DNA of 64,000 bases from Octopus sinensis (Eukaryota), in NCBI RefSeq assembly GCF_006345805.1, contig NC_043020.1, forward strand, positions 15,562,001 to 15,626,000, read 5' to 3'. Made by a program: the position numbers and the translations under genes. How positions within the stretch are numbered: position 1 is the first letter of the stretch; each line of letters starts with the position of its first letter. Positions 52,458 to 64,000 of this stretch are shown one piece after another. The notes beneath the pieces are model-generated. The model had not been told where the DNA came from and ran no database searches. It saw nothing but the letters and a program-made list of their open reading frames with translations.

Positions 52458-52698
52458 ATGATCTTTGACCTCTGGCCGAAATCAGATCCGCCATGTTGAT
52501 TCGTTAGCTACTGCACGCATTTTTTTTTCTCCCCTTCTTTCTGTTTTTTCTCTCTCTGTGTATCTTTCTGTTGAAGAGCGTAGGCTCGAAACGTTAAAGA
52601 CTTGTTTTATTTATTTCCTGAGCGCCATACTAATACAATTGTTCGTTTGTTTTCCCCTGCCTTCGTCTTTTGTTTATTTTTCATAAAGCTTCCCGTTA
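52458..52698 (+). mobile_element. Penelope-pLTR-like short element in (TA)n; second copy at 59955-60131 inside a SINE A microsatellite
   Basis: Shared sequence cgttagctact...gaagagcgtaggctcgaaacg...ctgccttcgtcttttgttt. Carries the hammerhead-like motif. Confidence 0.6.
52563..52600 (+). ncRNA. Variant minimal hammerhead-like motif (A6U core)
   Basis: Helix I TCTTT/AAAGA; core CUGUUGA plus one A; helix II GAGC-gtag-GCTC; GAAA; AACGTT; GUU at 52593-52595. Confidence 0.55.
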
Positions 52699-52699
52699 C

Positions 52700-52730
<31 letters not shown>

Positions 52731-52892
52731 CATATATATACATATATATATATACATATATAATATATATATATATACATATATAAATATAATAAATATA
52801 TATATATATACATATATAAATATATATATAATACATATATAATAATATATATATATACATTAATATATATATAAATATATATTTATATAATA

Positions 52893-53414
52893 TCATCATC
52901 ATCATCATCATCATTTAGCGTCCGTTTTCCATGCTAGCATGGGTTGGACGTTCTACTGGGGTCTGTGTGAGCCAGAAGGCTTCATCAGGCCCAGTCAAAT
53001 CTGGCAGTGTTTCTACGGCTGGATGCCCTTCCTAACGCCAACCACTCCGTGAGTGTAGTGGGTGCTTTTTACGTGCCACCCGCACTGGTGCCAGACAGAG
53101 CTGGCAAACGGCCACGAACGGATGGTGCTTGTGCCACCGGCACGAGGGCCAGGCGAGGCTGGCAACGGACACGAAACGGGGCGGTGCTGGCAACGGTCGC
53201 GAAACGGAAAGTTCTCTTACATGCCACCGGCACTGGTAACACATCTGCAATTTCCATTGATCGATTTCCATTGATCGATTTCGATTCTGATCCTCACTTG
53301 CCTCAATGGGTCTTCACAAGCAGAGTTTCGACATGCCACCGGCACTGGTAGCACATCCGCAATTTCCATTGATCGATTTCGATTCTGATCCTCACTTGCC
53401 TCAACACGTCTTCA
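52893..53414 (-). mobile_element. Young RTE 3'UTR-only copy, near-identical to 55195-55697
   Basis: Shares internal duplications and indels with the 55-kb copy. Both ends lie in TA-rich microsatellite. Confidence 0.9.
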
Positions 53415-53735
53415 TATATATATATATAAATATAATATATAAATAAATTATATATATATATATACATATGTATGTATATATATGTATATATATATATATG
53501 TATGTATATATGTATGTATATATATGTATAATATATATTATATGTATAAATATCTATATATACATTATATATTACATACATATATAATACATAACATATT
53601 ATATACATACAAGATAATATATATATATAATATATATATATATATATTATATATATATAGAATCTATATATACATATAGTATATATACATATATATATAT
53701 ATGTATATAATATATATATGTATATATATATATTG

Positions 53736-53768
<33 letters not shown>

Positions 53769-55166
53769 GTAATATATATATATAGTATATATATTATATA
53801 TATATATTATATATATATATATGATGATGATGATGTGTATATATATATGTGTTGTGTGTGTGTGTGTTGTATGTGTATTGTATCATAATAATAAATGAAA
53901 GTATAAGACAAATATTTTCCTAGAGGAAAATTTGATGAAATTCTGTGAATATGAAATTCTAACAAAAATATAATTTTTCTGTTATCATTGTCGTAAAGAT
54001 TATTCTGGAAGCATCAATATTGTGTTAAAATCTTTTGGGTCGGGTTTTGCCCAAAGTTTTAGAATGTTTTACAAATTTTTCTTACTTTCTTTGAGTTTCT
54101 TATAAATAAGTTTTAATCTGTTTCTTTTTTTTTTTATTTCAGAAAGTATAATGAAAATAGAACCATGAAAGATCTTTGACACCTTTTCAAACTATTACAA
54201 TGATCCAAACATCCCTTGTATTATACCATTTCATTTTGATCAATAACTGCTTTATGCATATACATATACATGGGCGTAGGAGTGGCTGTGTGGTAAGTAG
54301 CTTGTTTACCAACTACATGGTTCCGGGTTCAGTCCCACTGCATGGCACCTTGGGAAAGTGTCTTCTACTATAGCCTCAGGTCGACCAAAGCCTTGTGAGT
54401 GGATTTGGTAGATGGAAACTGAAAGAAGCCCGTCGTATATATGTATATATATATATGCGTGTGTGTGTTTGTCCCCCTAGCATTGCTTGACAACCAATGC
54501 TGGTGTGTTTATGTCCCCGTTACTTAGTGGTTCGGCAAAAGAGACCGATAGAATGAGTACTGGGCTTACAAAAGAATAAGTTCCGGGGTCGAGTTGCTCG
54601 ATTAAAGGCAGTGCTCCAGCATGGCCGCAGTCAAATGACTGAAACAAGTAAAAGAGTAAAGAGTATACATACATCACCATCTAATGTTTGTTGTCCATGT
54701 TAGCATGGATTGGACAGCTTGACGGGAACTGGCAAGACTAGGGGCTGCACCAGGTTCCACAGTCTGTTTTGGCTAGGTTTCTGCAGCTGGATGCCCTTCC
54801 TAACACAAACCACTTTACAGAGTGCACTAGGTGCTTCTACATGGCACCATCACCAGTACTTATTACATGGCACCATCACCTGTACTGATGATTTCTATAT
54901 GGCACCTTAGTTTTAGGATATCAATTCTAAGACAAAAAATAAGAATGGAGAATTTATTCCTCCTCAAAAACTTGTTTATTTACAGTTTTATATACAATAC
55001 ATTCACTTTAAATTTCAGTTTGACATGTGATTCTGCTTCCTACATGTCCTAAGATGTGGAATTTAATTGTATCCTGTTGGTTCTATTGCATTATAAGTTC
55101 ACCCAGGGTATACATATGCATGCAGCTTTTCTCAAGGTAGTACCCCTAACGATTTTTGAAATGAAG

Positions 55167-56164
55167 TCATCATCATCATCATCATCATCATCGTTTAGCG
55201 TCCGTTTTCCATGCTAGCATGGGTTGGACGGTTCTACTGGGGTCTGTGAAGCCAGAAGGCTTCATCAGGCCCAGTCAAATCTGGCAGTGTTTCTACGGCT
55301 GGATGCCCTTCCTAACGCCAACCACTCCGTGAGTGTAGTGGGTGCTTTTTACGTGCCACCCGCACTGGTGCCAGACAGAGCTGGCAAACGGCACGAACGG
55401 ATGGTGCTTTTATGTGCCACCGGCACGAGGGCCAGGCGAGGCTGGCAACGGACACGAAACAGGGAGGTGCTGGCAACGGTCGCGAAACGGAAAGTTCTCT
55501 TACATGCCACCGGCACTGGTAACATATCTGCAATTTCCATTGATCGATTTCCATTGATCGATTTCGATTCTGATCCTCACTTGCCTCAACGGGTCTTCAC
55601 AAGCAGAGTTTCGACATGCCACCGACACTGGTAGCACATCCGCAATTTCCATTGATCGATTTTGATTCTGATCCTCACTTGCCTCAACACGTCTTCACAA
55701 GTAGAGTTTTGTGTCCCAAGAAGGAAAGGTATGCATACGTAGGCTGGCTCCATCCCATGTAGAAGGCCACGGGTTATGGACTCACTTGTCCTGCCGGGTC
55801 TTCTGCGCCACAGCACACTTCCAGAGGTCTCGGTCTCTAGTCATTTCCTCAGTGAGACCTAAAGTTCGAAGGTCGTGCTTCCACCACCTCGTCCCAGGTT
55901 TTCCTGGGTCTGCCTCTTCCACAGTTTCCCTCAACCGCGGGTGGCACTTTTTCACACAACTATCTTCATCCATTCTCGCCACATGACCATACCAGCGCAA
56001 ACGTCTCTCTTGCACACCACAACTGATGCTTCTTAGTCCAGCTTTTCTCTCAAGGTACTTACACTCTGCCGAGTGTGAGTACCGGCATTACACATCCATC
56101 GGAGCATACTGGCTTCATTTCTAGCGAGCTTACGCATATCCTCAGCAGTCACGGCCCATGTTTC

Positions 56165-56165
<1 letters not shown>
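55167..56165 (-). mobile_element. Young 5'-truncated RTE LINE (ORF2 end plus full 3'UTR plus (TGA)n tail)
   Basis: TWAVTAEDMRKLARNEASMLRWMC..QERRLRWYGHVARMDED is contiguous with the CpG-rich UTR. The 5' end abuts (TA)n. Confidence 0.9.
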
Positions 56166-56198
<33 letters not shown>

Positions 56199-56307
56199 CA
56201 TATACAAAATTTAGAGGACTGACCACTAAAAGTGGACAGCCTGTATGCTAGATTTAGACGTCAAAATTGCCATTTTCTATCTATATTTATATGTATGTAT
56301 ACACACA

Positions 56308-56338
<31 letters not shown>

Positions 56339-56731
56339 GTATATATAAATACATACATATAAATATATATATATATATTTAAGTGACAATATATGGATTG
56401 AAGCAATCCTGCAGTACTTATAAAAAAATATTCCTTAATGTATCATTCTACAAAACATAGAGAATGTATAGTAATATACAAGAGAAAATAAGGTGTGTAT
56501 AAAGTCATAAATGACAGAGAAACAGTTTGATGAAATTTTATTTAACAACAAGAGAATTTTAATATCACGACAAATTGTTTTTTAACTTAAAAACATGTAA
56601 ATAATTTATATTGTCATATTTAATAAAAAATAAATTACATTCCTGCATTAATGCAAAATGTAAAAAATCCTTTAAAATAATGCAGGATTTAAGCTACATC
56701 CTCAAGGGGAAGAAAGTCTTTGTTATATATG

Positions 56732-56777
<46 letters not shown>

Positions 56778-57464
56778 GAGTGGCTGTGTGGTAAGTAGCT
56801 TGCTTACAAACCACATGGTTCCGGGTTCAGTACCACTGCGTGGCACCTTGGGCAAGTGTCTTCTACTATAGCCTCGGGCTGACCAAAGCCTTGTGAGTGG
56901 ATTTGGTAGTTGGAAACTGAAAGAAGCCCGTCGTATATATAATTACATATATATATATAAATATATGTATGTGTGTGTATATGTCTGTGTGTCTGTGTTT
57001 GTCCAATCAACATCACTTGACAACCGATGCTGATGTGTTTACGTCCCCGTAACTTAGCGATTCGGCAAAAGAGACCGATAGAATAAGTACTAGGCTTACA
57101 AAGAATAAGTCCTGGGGTCGATTTGCTCGACTAAAGGTGGTGCTCCAGCATGGCCACAGTCAAATGACTGAAAAAGGCAAAAGATAAAAAGATTTAAAAA
57201 TATAAAGTGCATAAAATATTTTTATACACAGGGAGGAGCCCCTTGACAGGACTCCTTACATGCTAGAAAGGGCAGTTAAAACCCAAACCACGAAAAAAAG
57301 AACTCATGAGGCATAAATATCAAACATTGAGAATGGGCACTCAATACTGCATTGGTTAATAAAAATTCTTTATTTGTGGATTAAGGCTACCATTGGTTTC
57401 ATGTTAAGGAAGCTCTATTAATTCTATCACATGGAACATTGGTTTTTGTTACCATTTTGGACTA

Positions 57465-57505
<41 letters not shown>

Positions 57506-57714
57506 CCTTTGACATCATAAAAGTTTATAAACTTTTGAGAAAATGTGAAATAATTCTGTTTTGGAATTGGTTCTTGAAGCACATAAACAGTATAAATAAG
57601 AGCGTGTGAAAACTGGGTTGAGAAACCCTTTCAGGTAGAAGAAAGCAAAGGTTACATGTGGGACCCTGTAGACATGACACCTCCCCTGTAGACATGACAG
57701 GTATTCTTCCCTAT

Positions 57715-57948
57715 AGGGCGGCGAGATGGCAGAAATGTTAGCATGCCGGGTGAAATGCCTAGCAGTATTTCATCTGCCGCTACATTCTGAGTTCAAATTC
57801 CGCCGAGGTCGACTTTGCTTTTCATCCTTTCGGGGTCGAATAAGTAAGTACCAGTTATGCACTGGTGTTGATATAATCGACTTAATCCGTGTGTCTGTCC
57901 TTGTTTGTCCCCTCTGTGTTTAGCCCCTTGTGGGCAGTAAAGAAATAT
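57715..57948 (+). mobile_element. tRNA-derived SINE family B with Deu/Nin-like central domain. Other copies at ~26968-27191(+), 9535-9720(+), 34290-34435(+); minus copies at 6895-7035, 8000-8850 (four), 9215-9400, 40840-41480 (three), 45335-45500
   Basis: Head ggcggcgagatggcaga...gagttcaaattcc, then gcttttcatcctttcggggtcga..aagtaccag, resembling the Deu/Nin SINE domain (assignment from memory of that consensus). Confidence 0.8.
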
Positions 57949-60000
57949 ATATGTGCTATTATTTATATATTTGGCTTCTTTCATTTGTTTCAGTCATTAG
58001 ACCGTGATCTTGCTGGGGCACCACCTCGACATTTTAGTTGAATGAACCAACCCCAGTACTTACTTTTTTGTAAGCCTGGCACTCTTTCTATTGATCTTTT
58101 TTGCCAAACCGCTAAGTTACAGGGGAGGCAAACACACCAACGCCAGTTGTCAAGTGGCGGTAGAGGGATAAACACAGACACAAAGACACACATTCCTTTC
58201 CATCTTTATATAAATGCAGGATAGCCATGTATCTTCACCATAGCTTGTCCCTGTCATAAATTCTCCACCCTACCTTCTCAGACACTACCCTACTTAGGCA
58301 AGGGGGCTTTTACCTTTTTGCCCCTTTTCTTCTTATTGGTGGCACAAATAAAGAAAAAAAGCACCCAGTACACACTGTAAAGTGATTGGCAAAAAGAAGG
58401 GCTAACAGCTGCAGAAACCATGCCAAAGCTGACATGGAGCACAATGCACGAAAAATGAAGTTAAATGATATATTTGATGATGATAGTGATAATGATGATG
58501 ACGATGATGATGGTGGTGATATATCTGTTCTCCCTCTCTCTCTCTCTACCCCTCTTTCCTTTATTATTCACATCAGAAATATCAAAGACAGTCTTACCCT
58601 TTCTTGCAACATTCAGCTAATACATTGTTTGTCAGACTTTATTCTACCCTGTTTTTTTCTTCATTTGTTTACACTGTTTTATGAATTAATATTATATATG
58701 TGTATATATATTATATATAATATATATATATATAGATATATATATATGTATATATATGTATATTATATATATATTATATATATATATATATTATATTACA
58801 TGTATATATACATATATACTATAAACATATATATATAAAATACAATATATATATATACATATATACATGTATATTATATATACATATATACATGTATATA
58901 TCAACATATCTATACATGTAATATATACATATATACATATATATATAACACCATATACATGTATATATATACATATAACATATATATATACATATATATA
59001 TACACACATCACACACACACATATATATATACATACATATAATATATATATATATAATATACAATACACACATACATACTTATATAATACACACATACAT
59101 ATATACATACACACATACACAATACACCACATACATACATACATACAATATATACATACACACATACATATATATACATACACACATACATATATATACA
59201 TACACACATACATATATATACATACACACATACATATATATATAATATATATATATATATTCACACACACACACACACCACAGTTTTCTCATCTCTAATT
59301 TCTGGTTTCCTAACAATTAATTAAACAAGAAGAGTAAATATTGATTCCTTACATTTGCACACACACACACACATACACACACACACACACACATACTCTG
59401 ACAAATTTTAAACGAGAGACATAATTAGTTAATTAAACCGCCCTCCCCTCCGTCTTTACCACATGATTAGTAATCTGTTAATTTAATCACTATCATCTTG
59501 ATACTATGCGATTATTTACTTTACCAGTCTGCTGTTTAAACAAAAAAAAACAACAAAAAACAAACAAACAAACAAACAAAAAAAAAAAGTATTGTTCTGT
59601 GATGCGCCACAAGAACAATGAAATATAGCGATGTGGAATAAACTTGGTTAGAAGTCTGCTTTGCAACTGAATAGTTGCAAGATCAATCCTGCTGCATAGC
59701 ACCTTGAGCAAGTGTATTCAGCCATAGACTTGGGTTACTCTTTTATTTGTTTCAGTCATTTGACTGTGGCCATGCTGGAGCACCGCCTTTACTCGAGCAA
59801 ATCGACCCCAGGACTTAGTCTTTGTAAGCCTAGTACTTATTCTATCGGTGTCTTTTGCCGAACCACTAATTTACGGGGATGTGTACACACCAGCATTGGT
59901 TGTCAAGCGATGTTGGGGGGACAAACACAGACACACAAACACACATACATATATCGTTAGCTACTACACGCATTTTTTTTCTCTCATTTTTTTCTGTGTA

Positions 60001-60038
60001 TCTTTCTGTCGAAGAGCGTAGGCTCGAAACGTAAAAGA
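60001..60038 (+). ncRNA. Variant minimal hammerhead-like motif (A6U core)
   Basis: Helix I TCTTT/AAAGA; core CUGUCGA plus one A; helix II GAGC-gtag-GCTC; GAAAC-GUA. Confidence 0.55.
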
Positions 60039-60521
60039 CTTCTTCTATTCCTGAGCGCTATACTAATACATCTGTTTGGTTGTACACCACCTGCCTTCGT
60101 CTTTTGTTTGTTTTCGTAAACCTTCCCTTTACATATATATATATATATATGGGCTTCTTTCAGTTTCTGTCTACCAAATCCACTCACAAGGCTTTGGTTG
60201 GCCCGAGGCTATAGTAGAAGACACTTGCCCTTGGTGCTATGCAGTGGGACTGAACCTGGAACCATGTGGTTTGTAAGCAAGCTACTCCTATGCACATGGT
60301 GAAGAAAGCCATTTGTGAGCCAGTATAGTTTGTTTTAAATCAGTGCTTCTCAGTCATTTTTTTTTACCTATGGACCCCTTTGATTCCTATTTTACTTGGA
60401 TGGATCCTCTTAGCCATTTGAGTTTTTAAACAATCCTGCTATATATTTATAATTAAATATTATCAGGAAATGTATTAAAGAAATTGTGAAAATATTTTGC
60501 ATATTGCAGAAATATAACCAA

Positions 60522-61667
60522 CTAGCAGTATAGCCCGGCGTTGCCCAGGTATGTAAGAGCCTCTAGTAGGCAACGGCTAATCCCAATTTAGTCCTTTCCC
60601 TCTAGGGAACGAAGGCGCATGTGTAGGTTGCAATGTCTTCTCTTCACTCCCAAATAACTATCAAACAGCTATCGATAATTCAACCCAACCAATTCCTACC
60701 AGGAAGAAATTACATTCGAGACTTTACCCCCTTCTGCTAATAGCTGCTGCAGCTGCAAGTTATTCGAATACTTTTTTTGTTTAAACTTTCTTTATAACTA
60801 CCACCCCAAATGTTTTACCTTAAATTTTTGACGTACCCTAAGGGTCCTCGGACGCTACTTGCAAACACTTGGTTTATTATAAACTGCTTTTGTCGTGTGC
60901 ACCGAAAAACCTTTTCCATTCGTTTGTTCAGTTTGGTCACTTTTGACATTTTTGTTGTTGTCACTCACATTGCTGCCCACTTTTTTGCCGTTTTTGTACA
61001 TTTTTATACATTTTGGGATACTTACCCCACGTATTCCGAGAGTTAAAAAGGTCGAGTTGCGTCCCCTAGACAGTCTATGGCTTGTGTTTAATACACAAAT
61101 CGGTTTGCTATGTGTGCCACATATGATTTAATTAACCGATTTTTTTCCAGTAATAAAGTATCCTATTGGAATAAAAAGGGCCATATAGCCTTTGGAGCAG
61201 ACATGATGCTCGCAGTGAATTTTTAAAAAAATTCCAGCCAATTTGTGAAAGATATTGTCGAAAATATGTCATCTTGAATTTGAATGCGATTTTCCAAAAT
61301 GGCATGATTTTATCGATTTTTTCTGATGGTAAGGTATTGCATGGAAAACTAACATCAGAATTAAGTTTCTTAGGGTAACATTAAGCTTCACCATGAGTTT
61401 GGCGAAAAATCGATTGCAAGTTGCGAAAACTACAACAGAAAATGTGTTGCATATAAAAAGCTTAGATTCTCGACCCCATATCGAATTTATCGATCCTTTT
61501 CAGAACTGGGGGAACTTTTCAAAATTTTCGCTGCGTTAGTTTTGAATTATGACATTGGGCTATGTGTGTGTCAAGTTTCATCAGAATCGGTTGAAAGCCG
61601 TGGTCAGGGTGAGGGTACAACCTGACAGACACACAGACAGACAAACTGCCGTTTATATATAGAGAGA
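60522..61667 (-). mobile_element. Non-autonomous Helitron, 1146 bp
   Basis: Minus strand A|TC at 61667 and CTAG|T at 60522. GC hairpin cctgggcaacgccggg 8 nt before CTAG. 5' TCTCTCTATATATAAACGGCA followed by (GTCT)n. Confidence 0.85.
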
Positions 61668-62112
61668 TTTATTGCACATAAATTTTAGCAACAAAATTTT
61701 ACATAGGCATAGGAGTGGCTGTGTGGTAAGTAGCTTGCTTACCAGCCACATGTTTTCGGGTTCAGTCCCACTGCGTGTGGGCAAGTGTTTTCTACTATAG
61801 CCTCAGGCCGACCAAAGCCCTGTGAGTGGATTTGGTAGATGGAAACTGTAAGAAGCCCATCGTATACATGTATGTATATATATATATATATATGTGTGTG
61901 TGTATATGTTTGTGTGTTTTGTTTTTCCACCCAACATCGCTTGACAACCAATGCTGATGTGTTTACGTCCCCGTAACTTAGTGGTTCGGCAAAAGAGACT
62001 GATAGAATAAATACTAGGCTTACAAAGAATAAGTCCTAGGGTTGATTTGCTTGACTAAAGGCAGTACTCCTCCATGGCCACAGTCAAATGACTGAAACAA
62101 GTAAAAAAGTCT

Positions 62113-62340
62113 TGTGGTTAGTAGCCCATGCTCTTAACTCCAAGATTCCGAGTTTGATTCCAGGCAGTGACCTGAATAAAAATAATAACAATAACATTGA
62201 AAAATACCTTAGGAATGAGAACCCAGGTTCAAAATTTCCCCAAGACACCTGAAGAAGGCTGGAGGGTATATCAGCCGAAACGTTGTGTTAACAACAAGCA
62301 AGATGAGGACAAATATCCGTCAAATGTAAATAATGTATGC
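62113..62340 (+). mobile_element. SINE-like element with a tRNA-like head and a hammerhead-like motif
   Basis: gtggttag...gagtttgattcc head (62113-62161, 5'-clipped by a SINE A tail), followed by the CTGAAGA...GAAACGTT fold. Confidence 0.6.
62244..62289 (+). ncRNA. Minimal type-I hammerhead-ribozyme-like motif
   Basis: Helix I GACAC/GTGTT; core CUGAAGA plus one A; helix II GGCTG/CAGCC with a 10-nt loop; GAAA; palindromic helix III AACGTT; GUU triplet at 62282-62284. Confidence 0.7.
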
Positions 62341-63019
62341 TCAATGATATTTTTAACATGGACCTTTCTATGACCCCTATCCATTAAAGCCAATTGATGT
62401 TCTTGCTTCCTTAGTAGCCCATCTCTCACTTGCATAAAAGTGAGCATTTAGGAAGGTACTATTGAAGAGTCTGGTTTTGTTCAGCTTTGCTTTGAGTACA
62501 TCCTTTATTGTACTAAATATATATATATATATAAATATTACCAAAAAGACTACAGAATGGCCCTGGCTGGAACACTTTTGAACATAGGTCAGCTAGATCA
62601 GGGCTGACCTGTGGCTAAACAACAACAGCAACTACGACAAGATCAATATTGCTTCATTATCATCATTTAGTAAAAATACATTAAAATGTAAATGTTTCAT
62701 AGTTAAGTTAGAAAACCAAGCGAAAAATATTAAAATAATAAAACTACAAATATAGAAATAGAAAAGAAAAACAATGCAAAAAACCCCAAAAAACAAACAA
62801 ATCTAAGGCAAAATGTAAACAAATATTAATGAGGGACTGAAACTAATTATAAATGTAAATGAAACACAAGTAAATTAGGCATAAACAAAAATAGAAGAGC
62901 AACATAAAATGCAATGTAAACATAAACATCATAAACAAACAGAAAAATTGTTTCAGGAAAAAATAACAAAACAAGAAAAAAAAACCCAAATGCAGGAAAA
63001 GAACCAAAAGACAAAGAAG

Positions 63020-63670
63020 TGGGAGTTGGAGATTGGGGGTGGAAGAGTCGGTGGTAGTGGTGGTGGGATCGGGTGCAGATGAAGGATGGCTGCGGTGGCG
63101 GTGGTGGTGATGGTTAGATTGGGGTGGGGTAGGAGAGCCAGGTGGGGGTGCTGGATGTGGGTGCGAGGGTGGGTGGGGATGAAGGATGGCTGCGGTGGCG
63201 GTGGTGGTGATGGTTAGATTGGGGGATGGGGAAGTCAGGCGGTGGTGGTGGTGGTAGCCATGGCAGTGGATTGCAATGGGGTGGGAGAGTCAAGTGGGGG
63301 TGGTGGATGTGGGTGCGAGGGTAGGTGGGAATGAAGGATGGCTGCGGTGGCGGTGGTGGTGATGGTTAGATTGGGGGAAGTTAGGAGGTGGTGGTGGTAG
63401 CCATGGCAGTGGATTGGGGTTGGGTGGGAGAGTTAAGTGGGGGTGGTGGATGTGGGTGCTAGGGTGGGTTTATTATTATCGTTTTCTTGAGTTGGAGTGG
63501 AAGATTGGGGGTGGACAAGTCAGGGGTAGTAGTGGGATCGGGTGGGGATTTAGGATGGCTGTGGTGGGGTTGTGGTAATGGTTAGATTGGTGGTGGGGGA
63601 AGTTAGGTGGCGGTGGTGGTGGTAGCCTTGGCAGTGGATTGGGGTGGGGTCGGAGAGTCAAGTGGGGGGG
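63020..63670. repeat. G-rich degenerate tandem repeat
   Basis: (g/a)atgaaggatggctgcggtggcggtggtggtgatggttagattgggg at 63078, 63178 and 63330; dense G-runs. Confidence 0.8.
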
Positions 63671-63943
63671 TGGATGTTAAGGTGAGGCAAACGGAGATAT
63701 TTGAATATTGTCTTTTAATGAAATAATAAGTGTTGTGCAGGGTGGGTGGGTGTGTATCAGCGTGGGTGTGCGTGGGGGGGGGGGGGAGCGGAGGGAGAAC
63801 AGGAGGGAAGTGGAAGATCTGGGAGGTAGTTAGCAGAGAGTGGTGAAGGAAGAGTTGGTAGAGAGAGAGAGAGAAGGGTGAGATAGTGAGTACGAAGAGG
63901 AAGGAGAGAACGAGAAAAAGAAAGGAGATAGATAGATAGAGAT

Positions 63944-63996
<53 letters not shown>

Positions 63997-64000
63997 AGGT

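Noticed and set aside
15859-59316. YI-repeat, poly-I and poly-N ORFs and short SINE-derived ORFs
   Set aside because: They arise from (TA)n/(TAA)n tracts and SINE sequence.
16963-62172. tRNA-like sequences as tRNA genes
   Set aside because: A/B boxes run directly into SINE bodies and tails in many divergent copies; no complete cloverleaf seen.

Overview
Eukaryotic, AT-rich and repeat-dominated DNA. The tRNA-derived SINE families, RTE LINE remnants and (TA)n/(TAA)n/(GAT)n microsatellites suggest a coleoid cephalopod, probably Octopus (inference). Almost all ORFs in the supplied track are microsatellite, satellite or transposon artefacts. The only host gene I can support is coproporphyrinogen-III oxidase (CPOX) on the minus strand. 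It shows two small phase-0 exons (31895-31945, TPNSMRHRMETLIMRIQ; 9778-9852, GEVCHALEELDGEKKFQVDKWERNE) separated by a 22-kb intron. I did not find the next (GGGG-containing) exon in the window, so it probably lies left of base 1. The start/presequence exon is not securely identified. The rest is nested repeats: a 5.4-kb 26-bp higher-order satellite resembling a motif of an RTE LINE 3'UTR, modular tRNA-SINEs, RTE and R4/Dong-like LINE fragments, a decayed Penelope-like GIY-YIG fragment, piggyBac-type and Tc1/mariner-type MITEs, non-autonomous Helitrons and local duplications. The most notable signal is a set of minimal type-I hammerhead-ribozyme-like folds in three sequence-unrelated short repeats (62244-62289; 52563-52600 and 60001-60038; inverted pair in 27460-27630). 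One of them lies downstream of a tRNA-like SINE head. All calls are by eye; no database search or folding computation was run.
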